Source: a virus
Taxonomy: Duplodnaviria; Caudoviricetes
Strand: one strand, 5' to 3'
Length of the DNA: 63,602 nucleotides
IMG/VR virus record: IMGVR_UViG_3300046791_000392
Span: 1 to 63,602 of that record
In this document: in pieces, positions 47,001 to 54,047 of the stretch
Numbering within the stretch: the first letter of the stretch is position 1
How the letters are laid out: each line of letters begins with the position of its first letter
Notes under the pieces: model-generated
Seen by the model: only the letters and a program-made list of their open reading frames with translations
What the model was told of the DNA's origin: nothing
Database searches by the model: none
Made by a program: the position numbers and the translations under genes

Positions 47001-47962
47001 GCGTTGCGCCCGATGATGCCGCCGAGATACGGCACGGCACGCGCTGCTGCCAATGCCCGCGCGCCGACGCTGGCGGCAAGCACGGCACCGCCTGCTGCCG
47101 GCGCGCCGAAGCCAGCGGTAGCATACGACACGCCGGCGGCAAGCAGCACCGTCTGGATCGTGCCGATGGCGTTGCCGACGACCGGCGCGAAGATGTTGAC
47201 CATCCAGTCGTCGCGATGTTCCGGATTGATCGGGAACTGCTCGGCGAGAAACCGGTCAACCGCGTCGGCGCTTTGCTGCAGAGGTCCTTCCTGCTGGCCC
47301 GCGAGGATCTGCATGCCGCGTGGAATGTCCCCGCCGGCGGCACGGGCGTAGGACTCGGCGCCGGCATTGAACACCGACGACGCCCAGCTGATGTTGCGCG
47401 ACGCCGCCAGCTGGGGCGATAGCTCCTGCTCGGTGGCGCGCGCCGCTTCCTCCGGGTCGGGCAACGGAAGATTGTCCAGACCCTGCGGCTGGGTGCCGGC
47501 ATTGGGCGATGTTTCCGACGGCGTCGTGATCGACGGCGCCGGCTGAGCGTAGCCTCCGGGTGCACCGCCGGCGCCCGGTACGCGCTCGCGCCGAAACGCC
47601 AGGGCCTGCCAGCGCGCGCGCTCCGGTATCCAGTCCGGCACCGGGCCCTCGGTGACACGCCGCGTGTACGGTCCACCGGGCCCGGTGCCGGGAATGGTGG
47701 CCCATGCAGTATTAGGCGGAAGCGGCGTCCCGTCCGGGGCGTAGTTTTGCGTCGGCGCCGGCGGCTGGAACAGCGGTGCGACCGGCGCCGGCAGCGCCGC
47801 ATCCGTCGCGCGCGCGGCGTCTTCTGCCGGCGGCAGATGATCGGGCGGTGGCGGCGGGACCTGGGCGACCTGCGGCAGCGGTGCATCGAGCGTACCGGGC
47901 GCACGCGGCTGGCTTCCCGGTACGGTGTCCTGCGGCTCCCACGGATCATCAAGACGGGCCAT
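38060..47962 (-). CDS. Giant 3300-aa internal virion/ejection protein with multiple enzymatic modules (polyvalent protein)
   Basis: Third and largest of the ejection-type genes; hydrophobic Gly/Ala N-region, two HExxH motifs, GNAT motif QRGAGEG, glycosylase-like segment. Confidence 0.75.
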   Translation of the reverse strand: MARLDDPWEPQDTVPGSQPRAPGTLDAPLPQVAQVPPPPPDHLPPAEDAARATDAALPAPVAPLFQPPAPTQNYAPDGTPLPPNTAWATIPGTGPGGPYTRRVTEGPVPDWIPERARWQALAFRRERVPGAGGAPGGYAQPAPSITTPSETSPNAGTQPQGLDNLPLPDPEEAARATEQELSPQLAASRNISWASSVFNAGAESYARAAGGDIPRGMQILAGQQEGPLQQSADAVDRFLAEQFPINPEHRDDWMVNIFAPVVGNAIGTIQTVLLAAGVSYATAGFGAPAAGGAVLAASVGARALAAARAVPYLGGIIGRNAAQTGARIGFGLTSFPQNGADTYRDAVQHGASFDDVIAASRLNGAIGGALDSLPVFRAFSLVDATTGNAIQRAITRRFGNTGYRLLETGFSEASTEIAQQVAQNMIASHLVSYDPSRDWYQGTVDSGIGGFAGGVLIQTILGMLPGGRRVHNPGGLNPGNLPAAPPGGTPPPGGWGSAQGGTFMGGAPPGPNGPGGMPGLPGPDPNGPNGPGGPGGAGGAGGPNVDFSPPRSGIEGREQEYFALPPREDRTEFLRAQQQRIRDIDAAWKKSRPDYVGDPIVGFSLEFYNYLLQSEADFERMRNMPPEQAARPEVQARMREIEANREVIDLLRDPIRMVNRPVWVLQRPPSKGQRGQTIVLASDENGQPISRTGGKQRVVGQDGKDYFVGTGQVMQLDNTNSENLVLSPQGQHMVRLARMRMEAERVGREAQARAEQQAAVDTTGGQARTGRDTRAAQPPAKGTQLGLNLQREGEQVTPEQQAANQAADAAVKRQQSTTFPEAGSGAVKDQTTPAGIKHEPLKPPPLTDQEQLELEGLTQTSGQQATANKRTSETLSAAKATLTPKRVLLEDLPGEIRSELDQRAIRLGIKLPEVFSEQDLIDAGMPAAEADQFFRKISKASTASATQRLAGEVRRTLKRGIDGIMEFYADLPRRERRALRKMLQHFERHIGPALSELDIIDFANWAAQADATLVKQGKQARFSDPDTAAMYLGSRVRALADGIRRTSIALRAPDATPASRAKAVQDVAHELTHFMVGLSGQTDADLTTLWSKLTLNMSNDPTFQEVLDLYAPTGEPNDPNKDNTPAVLANEFLALKVEAALGGRYATAFEKLAPGQDPSLGTYIAEFIRRIVQYVADGLDWVLGRDIITSVFNDLAAQLHIDLSSYTLQRQSRTPDPITGEYEVATDAELRAKRASGDGNSVAAREAAATYFAILYRGKNLRSRFEKGMKRELGATWTDLPMDTKNKVFDAAVTRVKDYSFKEAYKLNVLMGAPQNMTAITRLLSLAKSGEGADGSGKRWYELTAKIVSDRFGEFALHFMKYLAATSPGQAVGGNTTQTLSAMAQEAIRPHMPIGSYPELGIKQVGFETSQVMANMIKETGKWSSSAQKTQAFYRAMAQHLNLVDDYVAVTDRWMMRALGYDTDNPDPQQFEHSRLIITALADALGWKVEEVQAAIWCGIKQESDRKADQDTRNYGDFIKLSDRSLHYEITPTNKRMVGEMVAAMPYEWRKRVTERMVVELLPAVVTTVGAHKFNPLFNVASGGFMAMQNPSIETRIPMPDWANETLSNAIGYVFLRDSVLITRLAGYGNWLQKPTAMVAITIPDAGDTVSPEQAKHVWDHVIAVDPSLQGGYKVQGNKILFFNLSGEDFKALSRTPYAPLDDNAFHAALKAAVATYPGVETLEMSPPGRVDARLVGNDWEAKPNGEDYHEALERVRPGLADQLHVHRAKAEGIIAEEFGAVGIDVPHEGGDNTVGGQITPSIPVGGPIDVRDGAARIPTGKKQRAQVDAYFANSSEFAGIDPGPFAQMQIYNRFGKTQPGIDTNEQLKIYPMDKAIADPEGFKNWQRQFRINVKRFSYVSDPELGIEAVLPRPRVDGYHKGTLWIYDPRVAEASFKDVAYTEAWRIFHELAHGITEALMQQKYGSSRRYGRVGRTMEGQLGKEGKTVTVTLNELSLREAMRAVHWEDVAFRAQRMLMQDFGIEISDGQFAQEYNINIGDAVYRTVTGEFGTPGDYGFVPATEKQDIEEILYLLENTEQAIADVQERDPTVGIPRVQSEPITDNMIAELITKAKTDGLASVAVNPKDDYPGESFTDDDPGTAQKIYSSYAFPALRAAVQSSALISGTSGQWLSDFRKATHGVPMHELQWSGLLNWMKSRAGQGPISRGMMWNYVNAAEMMVDDRTPGEVVLRSNPSDTVESEVRVQYTPRKDAQGRTLFEITNIVTDTSPERTALAGRRFARYAAEHNVDGVVVGDAGPRVHNVDSNWKADGNYLARDLPSGVKFRARLVPKTNTAFISMIYLPPNQRGAGEGSRIVRKFEKTAAEQGVRRIEGEALPPSVPFWRSQGYIVAPEPDERTGLHAMTKYVGPIDAKAQAIADKARVPVVTARDVMDQLAQDFGTAVQTTRFAVQNQAQAENPSPPSETQETPATMIVGHALPFNAQMEDSVDKEASEVYLRRIRRIPGYQPAPGDPRWRKWWANYSHFLVGLDWLFMQSSKQIRVLSGWVKHGYELGNMFRRDPASFVATRTTGVINEDYHSVVQGIIGPQLEALRQKIEPLSRAARREIPLAMRGANVNPATGRVQLSHLTAADALWFRQWMDSILDFTNDHMNGHSIWGTANGVQHVTGADHIKRLPNYFPQIWELDGKFGAGPFRGVAKNIVAHEFFKGLGVGRGKPNQDELIDDLIDNVMGEGGYVSYAATNQWKTGTVTKLTARTRERLLKIPAHISVPVTVGGVTADVTINDLLNNNPMTILPQYAIGMARHGEFNRRFGPKGEDIDRMIAGIQADRKAAGMPRLAGQDLFDLIRQVQANFNTLQTRPSRPFNRAQEGLKAAVNTNMLFFTTLASLPEAMMSGVRLGMRGQFYALTGGFNQIFRTITLQGDSNARRIARDVGVLRDHLQSQLLDFASTHASFAVGRWNIDPNNISNWAFWGTFLTAWTNLGKTMAVNAAIRTLPHWGEQASAGGRFAGHYMRWLREVGLTPADVQGIDPDTYQPGTNLKFDAAIRQITQEIIIEPTAGMKPAWMSDPRFKLVAQIKNFAVGFGNTVVQRPIREMGHGNPFPLIWLVGYAALAALTAKLWEWYQYGDAGNPAWHRAGMDDSPAKQMLMRMIGRGGIAGPYQFIVDVITMGRTATGGSAAGQWVPAATLGDRLQNFIGGAARWMIAGFDSPRDVHTMMNNATLLVPGLSQLGGFRQYLVDQIAPAPGRPPTPFPTWTGTPIPHGGRQRGGPSDPYSGGGQRDPYGGGRGRDPYGGATR

Positions 47963-47963
47963 C

Positions 47964-49661
47964 TTAGCTGACCGTGCTCAGCTGGCGCGTGACTTCGTAC
48001 ACGATGTGATCGACCAAGGCTGGTGAATACCGGCGCCGCACGGCATCGGGCAAGGCCGCGAGCAGCTGTTCCCGGAGCGCCCGGCGCTCCGTCGGATTGA
48101 CCGACGATGTGATGCGCGTCGCGATGCTGCGGATCGTGAGATCGATGTACTGGTTGACCGAACCTTGCTCCTGCGCCGTCGGTGCGCGCTGGGTGACGTT
48201 GCCGGTCGGCGTGCCCTGCGGTTGCGTGGTCAACGTGCCGCTCCCGCCGCTGAACCGGGGGAGAGAATTACGATCCGGTCCGTCCCAGCCGCCGGCGCCG
48301 GCACCGATGCGTTCGATGTAGGCTTGGGTTTCGCGTGGCATGTTCGCGTACAGCGTCTGGCGCGGCACGCCGTTCGGGAAGCGGTTCATCATGCGGTTGA
48401 GATTTTCCGGGCCCCAGTTGTAGGCCGCGAGCGCCAACATGACGTCGCCGTTGTAATCCCGCAGCTGCTTGGCGAAATACGCCGTGCCGACGCGGATGTT
48501 CCCGTATGGGTCGGTGATCGGCCGGCCCTCGCGCAGTTCGCGCGCGACCTGGTTGTAGGTGCTCGGCAGCACCTGGGCGACGCCGAACGCGCGCTCGGTA
48601 CGCCCGGGAATCACTGGCCCCTGGACCATCTGGCCGCCTTCGCCGGACCCGAACACCGCCGCGAGAAGCCCCGGCGAAATATTGAACTCGCGCCCCGCTG
48701 CTTCGATAGGGCCTTGGAAATTCTGCAACGTGCGCTGGGTGCGGGCTTCTTCGGTGGCGCCGGAGCGGCCGACCTGCGTTGGCTGTCCACTCTGTCCAAC
48801 CTGTCCAGGCTGTCCAGTCGGTGGAAGTGCCGTCGTGCCCGGCGTCCCACTTCCGGTGCCCGTCTCCGGACGCCGGGCACGCGCGCGTGACTCGTCATAC
48901 GTCAGCGCCCCCGCCGACGGCCACCACCCGGTGAGCGGCATGCCGGTGCCGCGCGGCGTCACGGTGATGCCGGGCGCCATGTCGGCGTAGATGCCTTGCA
49001 TGATCGTACCGAGACTGCGCCGGTCCATCGGCAGCTGCATCGGCAGGCGATTTTCCATGCTGCGGAGCATGCGCGCGCGCGCATCGGCGTAGAGCGGGTT
49101 CGGCATCATGCCGCCGCGCGGGTTGGGCACGAAGTAATCGGGCATCTGCGGCGCCAGCGCGTCATCGATCACCGTGCCCATGACGACGCGCATCTCTTCC
49201 CATTCGTTGGGATTGAGCGTCGTGCGTTGGCGGTTTTGTTGCGCCTGCTGGCGCTGCAGCAGCAGGTCCTGCTGCTGCTGGAACAGCCGCATCTGCGACG
49301 CCTCGGCGTCTTGCGCGTGCTGCTGCTGCGAAATCTCCGCAGCATTACGGGCTGCATCCTCGCGCTCGGCCTGAAGGTTGATCCGTGCCGAGAACGGATA
49401 CTGGAGCATCCCCTGGCCCGACACGCCGGGGCCAACCGGACCGGACGCCCGCTGCAAACGAGCCAGCGTGTCCTCGGTCCCCGGGCGGAAATTCTCGGGC
49501 ACGAAGAACGTCGCGTAATCCTCACCCCGAGAACCATGAGCAATCGCCTGCTCGGTCAGGCGCTGCTGCTCGGTGCGGTCGGCCTGCTCGCGCTCGGTCG
49601 TGCCTTGCTGCCAGCCGGTGGCAATCTGGCCCAGCGTGCGCGCGATGTCCTCGAACGCCAT
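47964..49661 (-). CDS. Internal virion protein with lytic transglycosylase (SLT) domain
   Basis: LLAAV...E, AFGVAQV, DPYGNIRVGTAY, ALAAYNWG, ETQAYI. Confidence 0.85.
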   Translation of the reverse strand: MAFEDIARTLGQIATGWQQGTTEREQADRTEQQRLTEQAIAHGSRGEDYATFFVPENFRPGTEDTLARLQRASGPVGPGVSGQGMLQYPFSARINLQAEREDAARNAAEISQQQHAQDAEASQMRLFQQQQDLLLQRQQAQQNRQRTTLNPNEWEEMRVVMGTVIDDALAPQMPDYFVPNPRGGMMPNPLYADARARMLRSMENRLPMQLPMDRRSLGTIMQGIYADMAPGITVTPRGTGMPLTGWWPSAGALTYDESRARARRPETGTGSGTPGTTALPPTGQPGQVGQSGQPTQVGRSGATEEARTQRTLQNFQGPIEAAGREFNISPGLLAAVFGSGEGGQMVQGPVIPGRTERAFGVAQVLPSTYNQVARELREGRPITDPYGNIRVGTAYFAKQLRDYNGDVMLALAAYNWGPENLNRMMNRFPNGVPRQTLYANMPRETQAYIERIGAGAGGWDGPDRNSLPRFSGGSGTLTTQPQGTPTGNVTQRAPTAQEQGSVNQYIDLTIRSIATRITSSVNPTERRALREQLLAALPDAVRRRYSPALVDHIVYEVTRQLSTVS

Positions 49662-49664
49662 GGC

Positions 49665-51113
49665 TTACGTCCGCGCCTGGTTGGCCGCCAGCTGCTGCGA
49701 GAACGGCGAGTTGGCGAGCACGCGCGTCATGTTGGAGAAGTCCATCTGCGGTACGAGTTGGTTCACGTAGTTTCCGACAGCGGTGAGGTTCGCCGCCTGC
49801 TGCGCCGCCGTCTGGTTGGTCACCGCCGCCGTGCGGTTCCACTCAGCAAGGGCTTGATTCCATGCCGAGTAGGCGTTGGTTTCGATGTTGGCGATATTAT
49901 CGGCCTTGGCCTTGTCCAGGGCCGCGAGCGCATTGGTATAGACCGTGGACCGCAGCATTCCCCGGGCAGCGAACTTGGCTTCGAGCCCGCTCGCGGTCGT
50001 CGCGTATTGCTCGTTGATCGCGCGCGTCGCGCGCTCGCCGAACAATCGCCGGAACTCGGCGCCATCGGGTGGTGTGCCCGGCGTCGGTTGCTGGGCCTGG
50101 AGATCGCGTAAAGTCTGGGCGGCGATGTCGGCGCGCGACGCCCCGAATAATGGAACAAGCATGCTCCCGATCTGGACAGCCTGCATAGCAGCGCTGACCG
50201 GGTTGGCGGCGGCAGCGTCAGCCAGGCTTGTCCAGGCCCGGTCGAACCAGTTGCCGTCCACCCGGGTGCCGCCGCCGGCACGCGACTGCATGCTGCCGAT
50301 ATCGACGGACGGTGCCGCCGCCGCCGGCGGTGTGCCCGCCGGCGCAGTCGGCGCAGTCGGCGTGGTCGGCGCTACGGTGGCATGCGGCACCGGATGCACA
50401 GGACCTGGCTGTGCTGTCGTGTCGAGACTGCCGGGAGCCGGGGTCGCTGCCGGCGTGTCCAGCGGCGGCACAGGAGGCTGCGGCCCGCCACCCGGCATCG
50501 ACGGCGGTGGCACCGGTGCCCAAGCATCGGGGAAATCCCCAGGCGTCAGCTGCGCCCGGGCGCCCGTGCCAAGATCGGTCGTCGCATCGGATAGCTCGCC
50601 GCGATAGCCAGGCGTGTCGGCACTCACGGTGCTGACCGGATAAGCGCGTCCGTTGAACGGGCTCTGCGTCGCCGGATCGGTCGGCTGTCCGGCGAACGGC
50701 GCCAGCGGCGTGCGCGTGACGCTTTCGTCATAGCCGGGGTAGCCCGAGATCGCGCCGTTGCCCCGGTCAGTCAGGCCAGGAACAGCGCTCCCCGGGCTCG
50801 TTCCGCCGCTGCCGGACAGCTGGTTCCACACGTCGCCGAAATTGCCGACGGCGCCGAACGCCTGGCCAGCGTTGTACCCACCAAGACCGATCTGCAGCGC
50901 GCCGGTTGCCTTGTCCAGGTCCGAGTGCCCGGGGCCAAACGTGCTGGCGGCACCCGATGCGACGTTCGCCACGCTCGAAAGACCTTGGAGTGCCGTGCCC
51001 CAGTCGCCCAGGCTGTCGAACGCGCCGGCGCCCGACGCAAGCCCTGCGGCGCCGGCGCCAATACGAAATGCCGGGCTGGACAGGACATCGGTGATCTGGC
51101 TCCAGAAACTCAT
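49665..51113 (-). CDS. Internal virion/DNA ejection protein
   Basis: Gly/Ala-rich hydrophobic N-terminus; C-terminal helical region with AARGMLRST; position after tail genes. Confidence 0.65.
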   Translation of the reverse strand: MSFWSQITDVLSSPAFRIGAGAAGLASGAGAFDSLGDWGTALQGLSSVANVASGAASTFGPGHSDLDKATGALQIGLGGYNAGQAFGAVGNFGDVWNQLSGSGGTSPGSAVPGLTDRGNGAISGYPGYDESVTRTPLAPFAGQPTDPATQSPFNGRAYPVSTVSADTPGYRGELSDATTDLGTGARAQLTPGDFPDAWAPVPPPSMPGGGPQPPVPPLDTPAATPAPGSLDTTAQPGPVHPVPHATVAPTTPTAPTAPAGTPPAAAAPSVDIGSMQSRAGGGTRVDGNWFDRAWTSLADAAAANPVSAAMQAVQIGSMLVPLFGASRADIAAQTLRDLQAQQPTPGTPPDGAEFRRLFGERATRAINEQYATTASGLEAKFAARGMLRSTVYTNALAALDKAKADNIANIETNAYSAWNQALAEWNRTAAVTNQTAAQQAANLTAVGNYVNQLVPQMDFSNMTRVLANSPFSQQLAANQART

Positions 51114-51122
51114 GACGTCCTC

Positions 51123-52589
51123 TCATTCGGCGACGATGGCGAAATCCATGATGCGCAGGTCGCCGATGTCCTCGGACACGAACTCAAGCTGGACACCGTA
51201 GGCACGATGCTCGAAGGGCAGATCCAACGGACGCTCGGGCGCGTAGAACGAACCATCGTTGTCGGGATACGTGGACAGCACGTCGTCATCGAGCAGTTCA
51301 AGATCCTGGTTGAAAGCGCGGATCTTGAACTTGGCGTCGCCGCTCGCGCGCACCATCAAGCGCTTATAATTTTTCTCGCGCTGCGGCGAACCTTGATAGA
51401 GCACCGCCGTGCGCGCCCTCATTTTTGAGGTGTCGGTCTGATAACGCATGTCGTCGTCACACAGGCCGACGCCGGGCACCGCCACCACCAGCTTGCCGTT
51501 GAAGTACGAGCCATCGGCCCAGCCGGCGGACGGCGTGAAGCCCCAGGACAAATGGGGCTGTCTGCCGGCCGGCTCGATGGTGAAGGTGAAGCGCGCCCAA
51601 TAGATCGGCGCAGCACCGACCACTTGCGGCATGAACAGGTGATAGTGCCCCTTGTCGGGGTCCCACACCGCACGCGGCTCCCACTGGCCCGGCGGGGGCA
51701 GCAGCTGGACGCACTGGAAATAGATGTCCTGGACGACACGCGAGAACGTGATGCTCTCCAGCGTGATGCCATTGAGTGCCCGCCGAATCGAGTGCACGCC
51801 GAACTTCGACGCGAAGAACAGATCGTTGCCCACGCGCTTGATCGTGCGCTTGCCGATGCAGCCGATGGGCACACGGAAGTCGCGAAGGAGTTGCCAGTTG
51901 TTGATGTCGGGATCGGCCACGTAGAGCAGGGTTTCGTTCTGGCAGAAGATCGCGAGCTTGTTGCCCTCGAACACGCCAAGACCCTTGATGCGGTCCTTGG
52001 CCGTGAGATCGTCGCGAATGTCGAACCGTGCGCCGTCGCCGGCACCGACGCCGACGGTGAAGTCGAACGCACCGGCCTTGGTCACGGCAAGCTCGGTGAA
52101 GTCGGGGCCGTAGGCACCGGTGACCAGTCGCGCCATGAGCGCGGCGGCGCACTCGCCACGAACGGCGATAGGCCAAGTCGTCTCGAACAGCCACGCGGAG
52201 CCGTCCCACGACAACGGCTCGTACGTGTTGCCGATCAGCGCGTATTCCTTGTTGAGAAAGTGCACCCAGTCAACCGGCGTGCCGAACGGCCACGTGCTCG
52301 CGGCGCTGGTCGTGACCGACGACGACGCTTCGACATAGCTGTGGAAGTGAATGAGGCCGGCGCCGTTGTCGAACCCGTAGAGCACGACACCGTCGCCGTA
52401 GTGCTCGCAATAGCCGATGCTCGGCGCCGACGTCGGCTTGTACTTGTGCCCCGGCAGCTTGTTGATCTGCCCGCGCAGGTCCACGAACGCGTGCTCGCAG
52501 ATCTCCAGGAAGCGCTCGCCCATCTGACGCCGGTCGGCAATCGCGTCGAGCCCGACGAAGCGCGAATAAGGGAAGAGCTTCTCGGGCAT
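51123..52589 (-). CDS. Tail nozzle/packaged-DNA stabilisation protein
   Basis: Beta-propeller-like pattern (IGCIGKRTIKRVGNDLFFASKFGVHSI); synteny. Confidence 0.65.
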   Translation of the reverse strand: MPEKLFPYSRFVGLDAIADRRQMGERFLEICEHAFVDLRGQINKLPGHKYKPTSAPSIGYCEHYGDGVVLYGFDNGAGLIHFHSYVEASSSVTTSAASTWPFGTPVDWVHFLNKEYALIGNTYEPLSWDGSAWLFETTWPIAVRGECAAALMARLVTGAYGPDFTELAVTKAGAFDFTVGVGAGDGARFDIRDDLTAKDRIKGLGVFEGNKLAIFCQNETLLYVADPDINNWQLLRDFRVPIGCIGKRTIKRVGNDLFFASKFGVHSIRRALNGITLESITFSRVVQDIYFQCVQLLPPPGQWEPRAVWDPDKGHYHLFMPQVVGAAPIYWARFTFTIEPAGRQPHLSWGFTPSAGWADGSYFNGKLVVAVPGVGLCDDDMRYQTDTSKMRARTAVLYQGSPQREKNYKRLMVRASGDAKFKIRAFNQDLELLDDDVLSTYPDNDGSFYAPERPLDLPFEHRAYGVQLEFVSEDIGDLRIMDFAIVAE

Positions 52590-53290
52590 CAGAAATCGGC
52601 CCCGCGCTGGTCGTGGTCGATCTCCAGGATGCCGTTGACGTTGCGCAGCTGGCCCAGCCACGAGTTCAGTTCGGTGTAGTACTGCGCCCGGGTCTTGGTG
52701 ACGTTCTGCGGCCGGGTGGTGATCTCGCGGTCCACCGCCCAGTAGTACTTGATGCCCTCGATCATCACGCGGTCGCCGATCACGCGTGCCTCGCCCGGCG
52801 ACGTGTAGCGCGCGATCCGGCCCCGGTAGACCGGCGTGACGACGCAGCCGGCCAAGGTGATGTGCGGAGCGTCGGCGATGCGCAGCTGGCTCTGGCCGTT
52901 GATCCAGCTTTCGAGCGTGAAGGTCACGATATCGCCGGGCACCGTGCCGTAGCCGACGCCGCGCAAACGAATGGGATTGTACGGTCCCATGCCGGTGAAG
53001 CCCGACGTGATCCGGATCGTGGTGTCGTCGGCGGTCACATCGGCCGTGCCGTCGTCGAACTGGAACTCAAGCAGCTGCAGGAAGTAGGGATGCCGGTTGA
53101 TGTCGTCCACCACCTTGTTCGCCGCGTTCATCAGGTGGTTCTGGTACTTCGCGATGAGCACGGCGGCGTTCTTCTCGCCGGCCTCGTTGACCGCGTCCTC
53201 GATCAGCTTATCAAGCCTTGAGAACTCGCCGGACGACGTCGCCGGATCGGCGTTAAAGGGAAAAGGTCGATTGTTCAGCGCCGCGACCAT
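52589..53290 (-). CDS. Head-tail adaptor (tail tubular A-like)
   Basis: LIEDAVNEAGE...AANKVVDDI; size and position after capsid. Confidence 0.55.
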   Translation of the reverse strand: MVAALNNRPFPFNADPATSSGEFSRLDKLIEDAVNEAGEKNAAVLIAKYQNHLMNAANKVVDDINRHPYFLQLLEFQFDDGTADVTADDTTIRITSGFTGMGPYNPIRLRGVGYGTVPGDIVTFTLESWINGQSQLRIADAPHITLAGCVVTPVYRGRIARYTSPGEARVIGDRVMIEGIKYYWAVDREITTRPQNVTKTRAQYYTELNSWLGQLRNVNGILEIDHDQRGADF

Positions 53291-53965
53291 CTAGACGGCC
53301 TGAAGTCTGGTCACGCGCTGCTCGCGCACGAACATGTGGTTCTCGAACCGCTCGACCTTGTCGCGCGGCACCGCCGCATAGCCGTCCTCGAACCGCACCT
53401 CCCAGTCGCCGAACAGCATCACGAGATTGGGATTGGTCTTGGTCGCGTACATCACGACCTCGCCGGACTTCATGCGCGCGACGCTGTCGCTGAACGCCTT
53501 GTGGTCGCGATACGACACGATCTCGTTGCCGATCACCGCGACCTCGTCGGCGGTGAAGAACTTGTCGGTGTTGAAAAGGAAATGCCGCTTGAGCCGGGCA
53601 GCGACCGACTCGGGAACCTTGACACGGCCCAAGTCGAACCGAACTTGCACGTCGCCCAGTTCGATCAGCAGGCCGGGATCGCGCGACACGAACTCGACCA
53701 TGGCGCCGTCATAGGGCTGCGACGTGCCGCCCTCGCCCCACATCGTCCAGCGGCCATCGACCAGGGTCACCGATCCCGGAGCGGGAATAGCTGTCCGGTG
53801 GACCTCGACCGGATGCTCGGCCGGCGCCGCGAATAGCGCCTCTGGCGCTGTGTCCTGGCTCATCGTGTCCACGACGTCCTGGACAGCCGTCTCCTGGACA
53901 TGGCTGTCCGCGCCAGGGATCTTCACGATCTCGCTGTCCTTGGTGACCTGCTTCGCTGCCGGCAT
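53291..53965 (-). CDS. Hypothetical virion-module protein with duplicated small domain
   Basis: GAGGAG RBS; two copies of P.L....GD..VRF..G...VP......H. Confidence 0.65.
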   Translation of the reverse strand: MPAAKQVTKDSEIVKIPGADSHVQETAVQDVVDTMSQDTAPEALFAAPAEHPVEVHRTAIPAPGSVTLVDGRWTMWGEGGTSQPYDGAMVEFVSRDPGLLIELGDVQVRFDLGRVKVPESVAARLKRHFLFNTDKFFTADEVAVIGNEIVSYRDHKAFSDSVARMKSGEVVMYATKTNPNLVMLFGDWEVRFEDGYAAVPRDKVERFENHMFVREQRVTRLQAV

Positions 53966-53986
53966 GAGTTCTCCTCGATGTGAATT

Positions 53987-54016
53987 GGGGCGGCGAGAAA
54001 GAACTCCCGCCGCCCC
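53987..54016 (-). terminator. Stem-loop after major capsid gene
   Basis: ggggcggcg...cgccgcccc; weak U tract. Confidence 0.4.
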
Positions 54017-54047
54017 ACCCTGGACAGAGATCACCTTGGACGTGCGA

